This document shows positions 18,383 to 27,562 of a DNA stretch of 32,000 bases, in pieces. The stretch comes from an uncultured archaeon (GTDB lineage Archaea > Iainarchaeota > Iainarchaeia > Iainarchaeales > JAAZKV01), in NCBI GenBank assembly GCA_964551375.1, contig CAZKBG010000001.1, positions 120,001 to 152,000 on the forward strand, written 5' to 3'. The notes under the pieces are model-generated. The model made no database searches. It had not been told where the DNA came from and was given only the letters and a program-made list of their open reading frames with translations. How positions within the stretch are numbered: the first letter of the stretch is position 1; each line of letters begins with the position of its first letter. Position numbers and translations under genes: made by a program.

Positions 18383-19276
18383 ATGACTCTATTTTCACAG
18401 CTTCAGGATTTAATGATAAAGCACCACTTCCGCCCTGAAAAGAAACTCTCCCAATTTTACTGCATTAATGAAGCGCTTCTTCAGTTTTTGGTAAACAGCG
18501 CGCAGATTGAGAAAGATGATGTAATAATTGAAGTAGGCCCGGGAACAGGATTTTTGACAAGAAAACTTTTAGATAAAGCAAAGAAGATGGGTGCAAAAGT
18601 TGTTGGAATTGAGATTGATGAAACAATGATTGATTTATTAAAAATTGAATTTGCTGAAGATATTGAAAAAGGACACCTCCAGCTGATTCATACTAACGCA
18701 TTAACCGCTGATTTTAATTTAATAGGCGCGACAAAAGTAGTTGCTCTACCTCCATATCATATTTCTTCGGATTTAGTTACTAAAGTTGCTATGACTAAAG
18801 GCTTGAAAAAATCCCTTCTTGTTCTTGACAGAGGATTTGTGGAAAAATTAACTGCATTTGAAGGCTTCACTGAATACGTTGCTCTTACAGTTTTAGTGAA
18901 TCTAAATTCAAAAGTGGAAATACTTGAAGGAAATATTTCAGCGCAGAGTTTTTTTCCCGCTCCAAACTGCCAAAGCGCGGTAGTGCAGATGGATTTTGAT
19001 GTTAAAAATAACTCAAGCGACTTTTTTACTTTTTTAAGGGAAGTATTCAGGCATAAAAACAAGGATCTTGGAAAAAGCTTAAAGCAGTCATTTATGTTCC
19101 TTTCACAGGAATTAAATTGGACGCAGAAAGACTTTGAAGCAAAACTTGCCACGCTAAAACTGGCAAAAAAGAAAGTGTATCTTCTTACTCCGCAGGAATT
19201 TTTGCAAGTGTTTGAGCACTTCAATACCCCGTTAGTAAAAACTTCTAAGACTTCAAAAAAATCTGTTAAAAAGTAG
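18383..19276 (+). CDS. ksgA: KsgA/Dim1 (RsmA) family rRNA adenine dimethyltransferase homologue with altered catalytic motif
   Basis: VIIEVGPGTGFLTRKLL, VVGIEIDETM, KVVALPPYHISSDLV and SFFPAPNCQSAVV. Family is clear; activity is uncertain (see findings). Confidence 0.85.
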   Translation: MTLFSQLQDLMIKHHFRPEKKLSQFYCINEALLQFLVNSAQIEKDDVIIEVGPGTGFLTRKLLDKAKKMGAKVVGIEIDETMIDLLKIEFAEDIEKGHLQLIHTNALTADFNLIGATKVVALPPYHISSDLVTKVAMTKGLKKSLLVLDRGFVEKLTAFEGFTEYVALTVLVNLNSKVEILEGNISAQSFFPAPNCQSAVVQMDFDVKNNSSDFFTFLREVFRHKNKDLGKSLKQSFMFLSQELNWTQKDFEAKLATLKLAKKKVYLLTPQEFLQVFEHFNTPLVKTSKTSKKSVKK

Positions 19277-19288
19277 TTGGCTGATTTG

Positions 19289-20809
19289 TTACCTGATTGT
19301 TTGAAGTATAATTCTTTTGAATCTAAAAGGCAGTTGTTTTAGCGCGTACTGTTCAGCAACTTTTAATTTCTCTGCATTTTCAGCGTAAATAGTCATTAAC
19401 GGCTCCCCTTCTCTAATCTTCTCTCCGACTAATTTGTGCAGCATTACTCCCGCTGTAGGATTTGCTGGGGCTCCTGAAAGCCTTGCAATTTTTGTGATTA
19501 TTTTAATATTAACTTCTTCAAGTATTCCTTCAGTTCCGGCTTTGAACTCTTTCTTTAGTTTTGAGAGTTTGATTTCATCGCTTGAGTAAATCCATCCATC
19601 CTGGGCTTTTATTATTTCCTTCATTTTCTTTAATGCTTTTCCTGATTGCAAAATATGAAGCGCCATTTCATACCCGTGAGCCGGCTTTGCTTTTCCAACC
19701 ATTTCAAGAAGCGCTCCTGCAAGCTCGCAGCTTTTCTGGGCCAAATTATCAAATCTTTTTCCCTCAAGAACTTCAAGCGCATATTTTGCCTCAAGCGCGG
19801 GGCCAAAAGCCAGCCCGCTTGGCTCTTCGCCGTCAGTAATAACCGCTTCAACATGCATTCCGACTTCTTTTCCAACCTGAACAAATTTCTTTGCCATTCT
19901 AAGCGCAGTTTCCTTATCCTTTATTTTTACATATTTTCCAACAGGCAAATCAATTACAACAAATTTGCTTCCAACGCTTGCTTTTTTTGCCAATACTGAA
20001 GCAATTACCTGCCCTTCAGGGTCAAGAGAAAGAGGGTGCTCGATTTTAATTATTTTATCATCCGCAGGAGCCAAGTCAACCGCTCCGCCCCAAGCTATTA
20101 CTCCACCGACTTTTTCAGTGATGTGCCTAATTTTTTCCATCGACATTGAAACATTTGCAATAACTTCCATTGAATCAGCAGTTCCTGCCGCTGAAGTAAT
20201 GCTCCTTGAGCTGGTTTTTGGCATCCAAAGTCCAGTTGAGGCAACTATTGGAACAATTATCATAGTGGCTCTTCCGTTAGTTCCGCCAACGCTGTGCTTA
20301 TCAACTACAATTCCTTTCTTAAAAGCCATTTTGTTTCCGTCAGCAATCAAAGCCTTAGTCATTGCAATTGTTTCTTCAAGATCAAGCCCTCTCATGAACA
20401 CCGCGCTTACAAAAGCAGTTGCTTCTATTTCGCTTAATCTGTCATCCGCAATATCTCTTACAACAATATCAATTTCCGAATTAGTTAATTTTTCTCCAGT
20501 CATTTTTTTCCTGATTAAATCAACGCTCTTAAGTGGTTCTGTTGCTTTTGCGGAAATTTGGCAGCCGTTTTTGCATTTTAATTTTTCAAGCGCTTCTTCA
20601 TATACTCCAATTTGCCCTTTTTTTATCGCGTGATGAGTTACATCAACAATTGCAACGCACTTTTTTTTGGTTTTGCTGTTTTCAAGCTCCACCCTCTCGC
20701 CTGTGAATACTCCAAGATCCTTCGCATCCTCTTCATGAAGAATAACAATTATTTTTCCTGTTTGTATTGGGAAAGCTCTGACAGTTAAATTGTGAATGTA
20801 TCCGTCCAT
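19289..20809 (-). CDS. deoA: AMP phosphorylase (archaeal DeoA/thymidine-phosphorylase family)
   Basis: DIVVRDIADDRLSEIEATAFVSAVFMRGL, VDKHSVGGTNGRATMIIVPIVA, SRSITSAAGTADSMEVIANV, with the archaeal-type ~90-aa N-terminal domain. Confidence 0.93.
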   Translation of the reverse strand: MDGYIHNLTVRAFPIQTGKIIVILHEEDAKDLGVFTGERVELENSKTKKKCVAIVDVTHHAIKKGQIGVYEEALEKLKCKNGCQISAKATEPLKSVDLIRKKMTGEKLTNSEIDIVVRDIADDRLSEIEATAFVSAVFMRGLDLEETIAMTKALIADGNKMAFKKGIVVDKHSVGGTNGRATMIIVPIVASTGLWMPKTSSRSITSAAGTADSMEVIANVSMSMEKIRHITEKVGGVIAWGGAVDLAPADDKIIKIEHPLSLDPEGQVIASVLAKKASVGSKFVVIDLPVGKYVKIKDKETALRMAKKFVQVGKEVGMHVEAVITDGEEPSGLAFGPALEAKYALEVLEGKRFDNLAQKSCELAGALLEMVGKAKPAHGYEMALHILQSGKALKKMKEIIKAQDGWIYSSDEIKLSKLKKEFKAGTEGILEEVNIKIITKIARLSGAPANPTAGVMLHKLVGEKIREGEPLMTIYAENAEKLKVAEQYALKQLPFRFKRIILQTIR

Positions 20810-20919
20810 TTGCTAAAACCTTTAATGACAGAATAACACGAAAGTGGTATTTAAGCGTTCCTAATAAAATTTGAAAAGAAAAAAAACACAATAATTATGT
20901 CCCAGATTGTGTGTTTTGT

Positions 20920-21948
20920 TTATTTTTTTGGATAAGCTTCGCTGATAAGTTTCTCTTTTCCAGCCATTTCTTTTCTAATTGTTTCAAGAAGAGAATTAAT
21001 TTCCTTTGCAACAGCAGTTTTCAAATCCATCGGGTGAAGCTTGCCCTCAATATACGCTTTCTCAAGCTCTGCATATGACTTAAACGAAACATTTCCTCCG
21101 AATTTTTCAGGGCGCTCAATATCAAGCGTCTTTTTATCATCCTGCTTAAGAACCATTGTCACATACTTTGCAAAAGCAAGAACTCCATTATTTTCAACCT
21201 CTTTTTCAGGGCAGAAAGCCTTGTTCAATTTCTTTTTAACATCATCAAAACTGTCAATTAAATCAATTTTTGAATTAGGGTCTGAGGAGGACATTTTTCC
21301 CGACGCACTTAATCCAGGAATTAAAGGAGTCATGAATTCAATTCTTGGCTTATATCCTATTTGAGGGAGATTTTCTCTTGCGTAAACAAGTATTTTTCTC
21401 TGGTCAAGCCCGCCGTACTGAACATCCACGCCGAGATATTCTTCATCAAGCGCCTGCATTAAGGGATAAATTAATCCGGAAAGCTTTGGATTGTCGCCGA
21501 ATTTTACAACATCGCTTGCGGCTTTCTTTGCATCATTAATTGAAGTGAAAGTCGAAAGCTTCATCAAATCAAGAACATATTCCCGCTTAAGCTGAAAATC
21601 AGAGCCCTTAACTATTTCAAAATTGCTTAAATCCGCTCCAATGCTTTTTAGCATTCCCCTAATCACAAGCCCGTAATAGTCATATCTCTTTTCAAGAAGA
21701 GGCCATGGGGTATTGTCAAGAGCCCCGTGCAAATCTGCGAGTAGTAACTTTACTTTAAATCCTGCTTTAAGAAAATCCTTTAGCTTAATCGCCCAGACTA
21801 AATATCCGACATGAGGCCTTCCTGTTATTGAAGTTCCAAGATAAACAACGGGCTGCTTTTTTGTCTCAACAAGTTTTCTAAGCTCATCAGTTGTAATAAT
21901 TTCTTGAGTATTTCTTGTGATGATTGCCAGTTTTTCTTCAGTATTCAT
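20920..21948 (-). CDS. tyrS: Tyrosyl-tRNA synthetase
   Basis: GRPHVGYLVWAIKLKDFLKAGFKVKLLLADLHG, GVDVQYGGLDQRKI, GLSASGKMSSSDP (KMSKS loop) and RPEKFGGNVSFKSYAELEKAYIEGKLHPMDLK. Confidence 0.93.
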   Translation of the reverse strand: MNTEEKLAIITRNTQEIITTDELRKLVETKKQPVVYLGTSITGRPHVGYLVWAIKLKDFLKAGFKVKLLLADLHGALDNTPWPLLEKRYDYYGLVIRGMLKSIGADLSNFEIVKGSDFQLKREYVLDLMKLSTFTSINDAKKAASDVVKFGDNPKLSGLIYPLMQALDEEYLGVDVQYGGLDQRKILVYARENLPQIGYKPRIEFMTPLIPGLSASGKMSSSDPNSKIDLIDSFDDVKKKLNKAFCPEKEVENNGVLAFAKYVTMVLKQDDKKTLDIERPEKFGGNVSFKSYAELEKAYIEGKLHPMDLKTAVAKEINSLLETIRKEMAGKEKLISEAYPKK

Positions 21949-21981
21949 AAAATCAATTAATCAATTGTTTTTCAAAACTCT

Positions 21982-22470
21982 TTATATTACTTTTCGGCGG
22001 TAAGCAAATGAGAGTTTGTTGTATTCTTCGGTATTATACACACAAATGCCCTCTTTGTGCCATAAAACAAACTCCTTAATTCCTGCATCAAGAGCGAGTT
22101 TGCTGCAAATAGTGCAAAATGGCTCTCCTGCAAAAAGCATGTTGTTTTCCAAATCAAGCCTGATAAAGTAAAGCCTTGAGCCAGAGAGTTCAGCAGGTTT
22201 GTTTTTTAGCGCATTCATTATTGCCCTTTCTTCAGCATGAACACAGCAAGACCTGTCTGATTTGAAATCTTTTGGAATTGAATCCTTAAAGCATTCCTTA
22301 ATTGACTCGTCCTTTGGAGGAGAATTCCATCCGCTTCCGATTATTTTATTATCTTTTACAATAATTGAACCGCACTTTGAGCGGAGGCACTTTGATTTTT
22401 TAGCCGTTTCAATTGCGAGCTGCATCATTTTTTTAGCTTCTTCATTTTCTTTGCCTTTAAGAAACTGCAT
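21982..22470 (-). CDS. dCMP/cytidine deaminase-like zinc protein
   Basis: SKCGSIIVKDNKIIGSGWNSPP, CCVHAEERAIMNAL (HAE) and PFCTICSKLALDAGI (PCxxC-like). Confidence 0.87.
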   Translation of the reverse strand: MQFLKGKENEEAKKMMQLAIETAKKSKCLRSKCGSIIVKDNKIIGSGWNSPPKDESIKECFKDSIPKDFKSDRSCCVHAEERAIMNALKNKPAELSGSRLYFIRLDLENNMLFAGEPFCTICSKLALDAGIKEFVLWHKEGICVYNTEEYNKLSFAYRRKVI

Positions 22471-22524
22471 AACAATAATTGTTCAAATTTTCGTAGCTAA
22501 TTTGTGTTAAGTTATTCTTTTGAT

Positions 22525-23475
22525 TTAAAGTTTCAAGAAATCTTCATGATGTTTTTCAAGCTGAAGCTTTCTATAAAGAACCGCGCTGAACTGCTGCGGA
22601 GGGAATACTCCAAGTTCGCTGATAATTCCTTCAATGTACTTTGAATCAGTTCTGTCAAATGCGGGGTTAAGAACTTTTACTTTTCCTCTTAATTTTTTAT
22701 CCCACACTTCATCAGCATCTCTTTGCTCAATAGGCTCTGCTTTTCCAAAAAAACTTGCGGGCTCAAATTTGTGGCTTGAAGCGCATACATAATGCAAAAC
22801 TTCATACCTTTTGCAAGCAGTGCTGATTAAGTTTGTTCCGATTTTGTTTATTACGTCCCCGTCTGCAAGGATTGCATCAGCTCCTGTGAATAAATAATCA
22901 CAATCTTTCATAATGGTTGAAGACGCGTTATCAACAATTAACGTTGCGTTAATTCCTGCTTTAGTTAAATCGCTCACAGTCATTCTTCCCTGATAAAGAG
23001 GGCGGGCTTCGCAGCAATAAACTTTGTCAATTTTTTTCTTTGCCTTAATTAAAGTTTCAACAACAGAGCTTGAATGGCAGTGGGTGATTATGGTTGAATG
23101 AGAGTCAATTAATTCAGCTCCGAATTCAGCAATTCTTCTCAATGATTTCTGCCTGTCATTTTCATAATTTTCAGCGGTTTCGATAATTTTTTGTTTCATT
23201 TGCGAAATGCTCATTCCTTCCCTTGAAATGCTTTTTTTAATAATTCTTAACGCAGTTCTAAGCTCGGGCTCTGTGGGTCTTGCGTAAAACAATGCCCTTG
23301 CATTTTCCAAAAATTCTTTTCTAAACTCTCTGTCATTTTTTGTTTTGCTTTCTTCGCTTGCTCTCACAAGAGCTTCAACAGATTTTTTTCGCACATTAGT
23401 CGCGCCCTGAATTTTAAGCGATTTAATATCCCTAACCGTGTTTTTTACAATATCCATAACACTGCCTAATATCAC
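22525..23475 (-). CDS. Ribose-1,5-bisphosphate isomerase (e2b2/aIF2B-related family)
   Basis: IQGATNVRKKSVEAL, ITHCHSSSVVETLIKA, EARPLYQGR, FTGADAILADGDVINKIGTNLIS. Candidate active-site Cys (THC) and Asp (GAD) are retained. Start could be MDIVK, slightly downstream. Confidence 0.87.
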   Translation of the reverse strand: MILGSVMDIVKNTVRDIKSLKIQGATNVRKKSVEALVRASEESKTKNDREFRKEFLENARALFYARPTEPELRTALRIIKKSISREGMSISQMKQKIIETAENYENDRQKSLRRIAEFGAELIDSHSTIITHCHSSSVVETLIKAKKKIDKVYCCEARPLYQGRMTVSDLTKAGINATLIVDNASSTIMKDCDYLFTGADAILADGDVINKIGTNLISTACKRYEVLHYVCASSHKFEPASFFGKAEPIEQRDADEVWDKKLRGKVKVLNPAFDRTDSKYIEGIISELGVFPPQQFSAVLYRKLQLEKHHEDFLKL

Positions 23476-23597
23476 TTCAGATAAGTTTTTCCTAGTATTA
23501 ATACTTTTGTCGGCATTTTATAGCCTGCAAGTTTTTGATAAAGCCCCCCTTCAAGTTATGTTTATATATGAGTTTTCTCATTCTCTTCTTGATTTAA

Positions 23598-23891
23598 ATG
23601 CCTAATGAATGTAAGGGAACATGCATATTGTCTTTAGCGCTTGGAATTGCAAATTTGATAATTCCTTTTGGGGCAATTCATATTGCCACTTTTATGGGGC
23701 ACAGCGAAATTGCAACATTTAACGGCAATATGCTAATGATTTTGTCCCTTCTGATTATAGTATTTTTGGCAGTGAACTGCATCGGGCACATGAATAACCG
23801 GAATAATCGCTACTTTTTCATTACAGCAATAATGCTTGTAGTTAACTTGCTTGTTTTTGTATTCAACTTTGCTACTTTTATAACCATTTAA
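23598..23891 (+). CDS. Small polytopic membrane protein of unknown function
   Basis: 97 aa with three hydrophobic segments, preceded by the AT-rich promoter-like sequence TATGTTTATATATGAG. Confidence 0.5.
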   Translation: MPNECKGTCILSLALGIANLIIPFGAIHIATFMGHSEIATFNGNMLMILSLLIIVFLAVNCIGHMNNRNNRYFFITAIMLVVNLLVFVFNFATFITI

Positions 23892-23998
23892 ATTGGGACT
23901 TTTGCGGGCCAGCTTTCAAACAAGGTTTTTAAATGAGTTGTTTAGGTATTTGTATTAGTAGTTACTTTTACCAATAAGCATAGGATGGGTGTGTATTG

Positions 23999-25210
23999 AT
24001 GGATCATATTGTTAGAAGCGCAATTGTAAGAGCACAGGCTGAATTGAAAAATAATAGAGTGAATGCGCAGCAGCCAAAGAAATTCACTGCTATGGCAAAA
24101 GCGCCGGTTGCAGAAAAAAAAGACAGTAGACCTGAAAAAGGAAAAAAGAAACCACACTCAGATTCTGACAATGATTTAATTGAAATGCTCGAACATAATA
24201 GAGCAAAAATATTTGTAATAGGATGCGGAGGGGGAGGAAGCAACACCATTGAAAGAATGGCTGAAGTTGGAATTGCTGGAGCAACAACACTTGCTCTTAA
24301 CACCGACGCGCAGGACTTGCTTACAACAAAATCAGACAAGAAAATTTTGATTGGTAAAAAATTAACAAGAGGGCTTGGAGCAGGAAGCGACCCGCAGATT
24401 GGGGAAAGCGCTGCAAGAGAATCAAGCGATGAAATTAATGAAACTTTAAAAGGAGCGGATTTAGTTTTCATAACATGCGGATTAGGTGGAGGAACAGGAA
24501 CAGGCTCAGCTCCGGTAGCAGCAGAATTTGCTAAATCACTAAAAGCATTAACAGTTGCGGTAGTAACTTTGCCTTTCACAGTTGAAGGAAAAAAGAGAAT
24601 GGAAAACGCAATGTACGGACTTGAAAGACTTCAAGAACACACTGATACAATAATTGTAATACCAAACGACAAGATTTTGGAAATCGCTCCAGATCTTCCA
24701 ATTAACGCGGCATTCAAAGTTGCTGATGAAGTTTTAACAAACGCAGTAAAAGGAATAACAGAAATGGTTACAAAGCCAGGACTGATTAACCTTGACTTTG
24801 CGGACCTTAGAACAATACTTGCACGCGGAGGAGCGGCAATGATTGGGCTGGGCGAATCAACAAGAGGAGAATCAAGCGAATCAAGAGCTCTTGAAGCAGT
24901 TGAAAACGCATTAACAAGCCCGCTCTTAGATGTTGATATTTCAGGAGCAAACAGAGCTCTAGTAAATGTAACAGGCGGAACAGACATGACGCTTCGCGAA
25001 GCAGAATTAATTGTAGAAACCGTTTCAACAAAAATACATTCTTCAAGCCACATAATTTGGGGAGCTATGGTTGACGAAACACTTCCAAAGAATCATATCC
25101 AGGCAATGGTTGTAATAGCAGGCGGAAGATTCCCATACCTTGAAGGCGGAACAAAGAACTCAAAGCACAAAGGCGAAGAAAATATTGATTTGGGAATAGA
25201 ATTCACTTAA
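23999..25210 (+). CDS. ftsZ: Cell division protein FtsZ
   Basis: [48 protein letters not shown] (tubulin signature) and [12 protein letters not shown] (T7 loop). Confidence 0.97.
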   Translation: MDHIVRSAIVRAQAELKNNRVNAQQPKKFTAMAKAPVAEKKDSRPEKGKKKPHSDSDNDLIEMLEHNRAKIFVIGCGGGGSNTIERMAEVGIAGATTLALNTDAQDLLTTKSDKKILIGKKLTRGLGAGSDPQIGESAARESSDEINETLKGADLVFITCGLGGGTGTGSAPVAAEFAKSLKALTVAVVTLPFTVEGKKRMENAMYGLERLQEHTDTIIVIPNDKILEIAPDLPINAAFKVADEVLTNAVKGITEMVTKPGLINLDFADLRTILARGGAAMIGLGESTRGESSESRALEAVENALTSPLLDVDISGANRALVNVTGGTDMTLREAELIVETVSTKIHSSSHIIWGAMVDETLPKNHIQAMVVIAGGRFPYLEGGTKNSKHKGEENIDLGIEFT

Positions 25211-25258
25211 AAAATTAAAACGGCATGAACTTAAGTGTTAAACGGTAAAAATGGTGAA

Positions 25259-25447
25259 ATGATGAATATCGGGGCAATGTTAGGACAATTCTTTGACGAT
25301 TCAAAAAGAATCTTCTTAGTATCAAGAAAACCAACAATGGATGAGTACAAAAGAATGGCTCTTATTGTAGCGATTGGAATGGTGCTAATCGGAATAATAG
25401 CATTCATTGTTTATTTGTTCTTCGCTTTGACTGGAATCGGGTTTTAA
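25259..25447 (+). CDS. secE: Preprotein translocase subunit SecE/Sec61-gamma
   Basis: FFDDSKRIFLVSRKPTMDEYKRMALIVAIGMVLIGIIAFIVYLFF between ftsZ and nusG, the conserved archaeal order. Confidence 0.92.
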   Translation: MMNIGAMLGQFFDDSKRIFLVSRKPTMDEYKRMALIVAIGMVLIGIIAFIVYLFFALTGIGF

Positions 25448-25580
25448 GCAGTTTAAGCGAGTTTAATTTGAGGGCAAAAAGCAGGTTTTTAAACCTGTCT
25501 AAGTCCTTTTATTTTAATCCTGTACTTAGCTGGGCTTAGTGATAAAGGGATTATTAAATTTGGAGTTTAAAGGTGATGAA

Positions 25581-26018
25581 ATGATTTTTCCAATAAGAAC
25601 TACTGTGGGACAGGAACAATTAGTTGTTGATATTTTGAGCGCAAAAATCACAAAAGAAGAACTTAATATTTACACAATCGGAGTAGTTCCAGGACTTAAG
25701 GGCTACATTCTAATCGAAGCCGACAACGAAGTAACAGTAAGAAGAGGAATCACAGACACACCTCACATTAAAGGCTCAGGAATTGTAAAAGGCGCAGTTA
25801 ATATTGAAGAGTTATCAAGCCTGCTTGAATCAAAGCCATTAATGAAGGCAATCCAAGAAGGACAGAAAGTTGAAATTGTATCAGGACCTTTTAAGGGAGA
25901 AAAAGCAAAAGTAACAAGAGTAAATCAGGCAAAAGAAGAAGTTACTGTTGAATTACTTGAAGCTGCAGTAAAAATCCCTGTAACAATAAAGGCTGAAAAT
26001 ATTAAAATAGTTCAGTAA
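25581..26018 (+). CDS. spt5: Transcription elongation factor Spt5/NusG
   Basis: MIFPIRTTVGQEQLVVDILSAK, LKGYILIEADNE, GPFKGEKAKVTRVNQAKEEVTVELLEAAVKIPVTI (NGN plus KOW). Confidence 0.94.
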   Translation: MIFPIRTTVGQEQLVVDILSAKITKEELNIYTIGVVPGLKGYILIEADNEVTVRRGITDTPHIKGSGIVKGAVNIEELSSLLESKPLMKAIQEGQKVEIVSGPFKGEKAKVTRVNQAKEEVTVELLEAAVKIPVTIKAENIKIVQ

Positions 26019-26186
26019 TTCCAGAATGGAATTACTAAATTGCTTTGGGCAAGAATTGCCCAAAAAATTATAGTTACGCGCTTTAAGCGCCCAAAAAAGC
26101 AGAGTGCTTCTAACTTTGCTTTTAAAAAAAGGGCGCGAGATGGCAAAGATAGTAAAACAAAGGACAAATAAAAAAAGGTGGATTTA

Positions 26187-26657
26187 ATGGGAGAACTAAA
26201 AGTAATGGTAGACGCAGGAAAAGCAAGCGCAGGAGCGCCGTTAGGGCCGGCACTTGGACCAACCGGAGTAAATATCGGTCAGGTTGTAGCAAAAATTAAC
26301 GAAAAAACAGCATCTTTGTCAGGAATGAAAGTTCCAGTAACAATCAAAATCAATAAAGACAAAAGCTTTGATGTTGAAGTTGGATTGCCTCCAATCAGCG
26401 CTTTGATTAAAAAAGAATCAAAAGCAGCTAAAGGAGCAGCAAATCCTAAAGTTGATGTAATGGGGAACTTAACAATAAAACAGGTTGTGTCAATTGCTCA
26501 AACTAAATTTGACAAATTGAACTCATACGAAATGAAGAAATGCGCAGCTGAAGTAATCGGCTCATGCGACTCAATGGGAGTAACTATTGAAGGCATGAAA
26601 GCAAGAGATGCTCAAAAAGCTCTTCGCGAAGGCAAATGGGACACTGAACTAAAGTAA
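26187..26657 (+). CDS. rpl11: Ribosomal protein L11 (uL11)
   Basis: MVDAGKASAGAPLGPALGPTGVNIGQVVAKINEKT and GNLTIKQVVSIAQTKFD. Confidence 0.97.
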   Translation: MGELKVMVDAGKASAGAPLGPALGPTGVNIGQVVAKINEKTASLSGMKVPVTIKINKDKSFDVEVGLPPISALIKKESKAAKGAANPKVDVMGNLTIKQVVSIAQTKFDKLNSYEMKKCAAEVIGSCDSMGVTIEGMKARDAQKALREGKWDTELK

Positions 26658-26682
26658 ATAATTTCCTAAGTAAAACTAACCT

Positions 26683-26725
26683 AAAGTGAAAGCCAATTTG
26701 GCTTTTCACTTTTTCTTTTTTTTAA
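26683..26725 (+). terminator. Hairpin plus T-tract after rpl11
   Basis: AAAGTGAAAGCC...GGCTTTTCACTTT (one bulge) followed by TTCTTTTTTTT. Confidence 0.65.
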
Positions 26726-26791
26726 TTTTTTTTAAGTTTAAATTATCTTCATTTTTTATCTTGATTTTTGAGGCTCTTCACCTAAGCTTTA

Positions 26792-26803
26792 TAAACCTTT
26801 CAG
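26792..26803 (+). promoter_or_regulatory. Candidate TATA/BRE promoter for the L1-L10-L12 genes
   Basis: AAGCTTTATAAACCTTTC, located after the rpl11 hairpin and before the structured leader. Confidence 0.55.
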
Positions 26804-26827
26804 TGTCATTTTTACTTAATATTGAAA

Positions 26828-26890
26828 GCCTAATTTTGTTAGGCCGCTTGTAATCCGCGAGGATTGCAGTTACCGCTTTGGCGGAAGGTG
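26828..26890 (+). promoter_or_regulatory. Structured 5' leader of the L1-L10-L12 transcript, possible L1 autoregulatory site
   Basis: Three consecutive hairpins: GCCTAA/TTAGGC, GTAATCC-GCGA-GGATTGC and CCGC-TTTG-GCGG, directly upstream of the L1 start. Confidence 0.5.
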
Positions 26891-26896
26891 AATACG

Positions 26897-27562
26897 ATGA
26901 GAAAAGATCAAGCTTTAAGTGCGCTTAAGAGATTACACGAAATTGCGCCAAAAAGAAATTTTGCTCAATCAGTTGAGTTAATGATTAACTTCACTGGACT
27001 TGATATGAAGAAACCTCAAAACCAGGTTAATGTTAAAGTTGCACTTCCGTTCCCAACAGGAAAAGGAAGCGGAAAAGTTGTAGTATTTGCTAAAACAGAA
27101 GATTTTGCTAATTCACTTAAAAACAAAGTTGAAAAAGTTGTAATGGACAAGGAAATCGAAGCTCTTTCAAAAGACAGGGCAAAAGTAACAGAATTAATCG
27201 GCTATGACGGATTATTCGCTGAAGGCCCGGCAATGCTTACAGTTGCAAAATTCTTAGGACAGCAGTTAGCTCCTAAAGGAAAAATGCCAAAGCCAATCAT
27301 GAACGTTAACAGTTTTGACGAGACACTTGAAAAGGCAAGAACACAAGTTACTATTTCAAACAAGAAAGGAAAATTCATGCCGGTTGTTCACGCAGTTGTG
27401 GGCAGAGACGGAATGAAGGACGAAAATATTGCAGAAAACATGTACGCAATATACGAATCAGTAATGAACTCGCTTCCTCAGAAGAAGCAGAACATAAAGA
27501 ACATTTACGTAAAGATGACTATGAGTCCTCCGGTAAAAATCGGCGAAGGTGATGCTCAATGA
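26897..27562 (+). CDS. rpl1: Ribosomal protein L1 (uL1)
   Basis: KRNFAQSVELMINFTGLDMKKPQNQVNVKVALPFPTGKG, GLFAEGPAMLTVAKFLGQQLAPKGKMPKP and VHAVVGRDGM. Confidence 0.96.
   Translation: MRKDQALSALKRLHEIAPKRNFAQSVELMINFTGLDMKKPQNQVNVKVALPFPTGKGSGKVVVFAKTEDFANSLKNKVEKVVMDKEIEALSKDRAKVTELIGYDGLFAEGPAMLTVAKFLGQQLAPKGKMPKPIMNVNSFDETLEKARTQVTISNKKGKFMPVVHAVVGRDGMKDENIAENMYAIYESVMNSLPQKKQNIKNIYVKMTMSPPVKIGEGDAQ

Noticed and set aside
19965-20633. 222-aa plus-strand ORF opposite AMP phosphorylase
   Set aside because: Antisense to a strongly conserved gene, low-complexity hydrophobic translation with no family motifs. Shadow ORF.
20041-20760. Possible frame disruption in AMP phosphorylase suggested by several overlapping ORFs
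   Set aside because: The minus-strand frame is continuous for 506 codons with all family motifs, so the overlaps are spurious.
24004-24579. 191-aa minus-strand ORF opposite ftsZ
   Set aside because: Fully antisense to ftsZ, with Ala/Ser/Leu-rich shadow composition.
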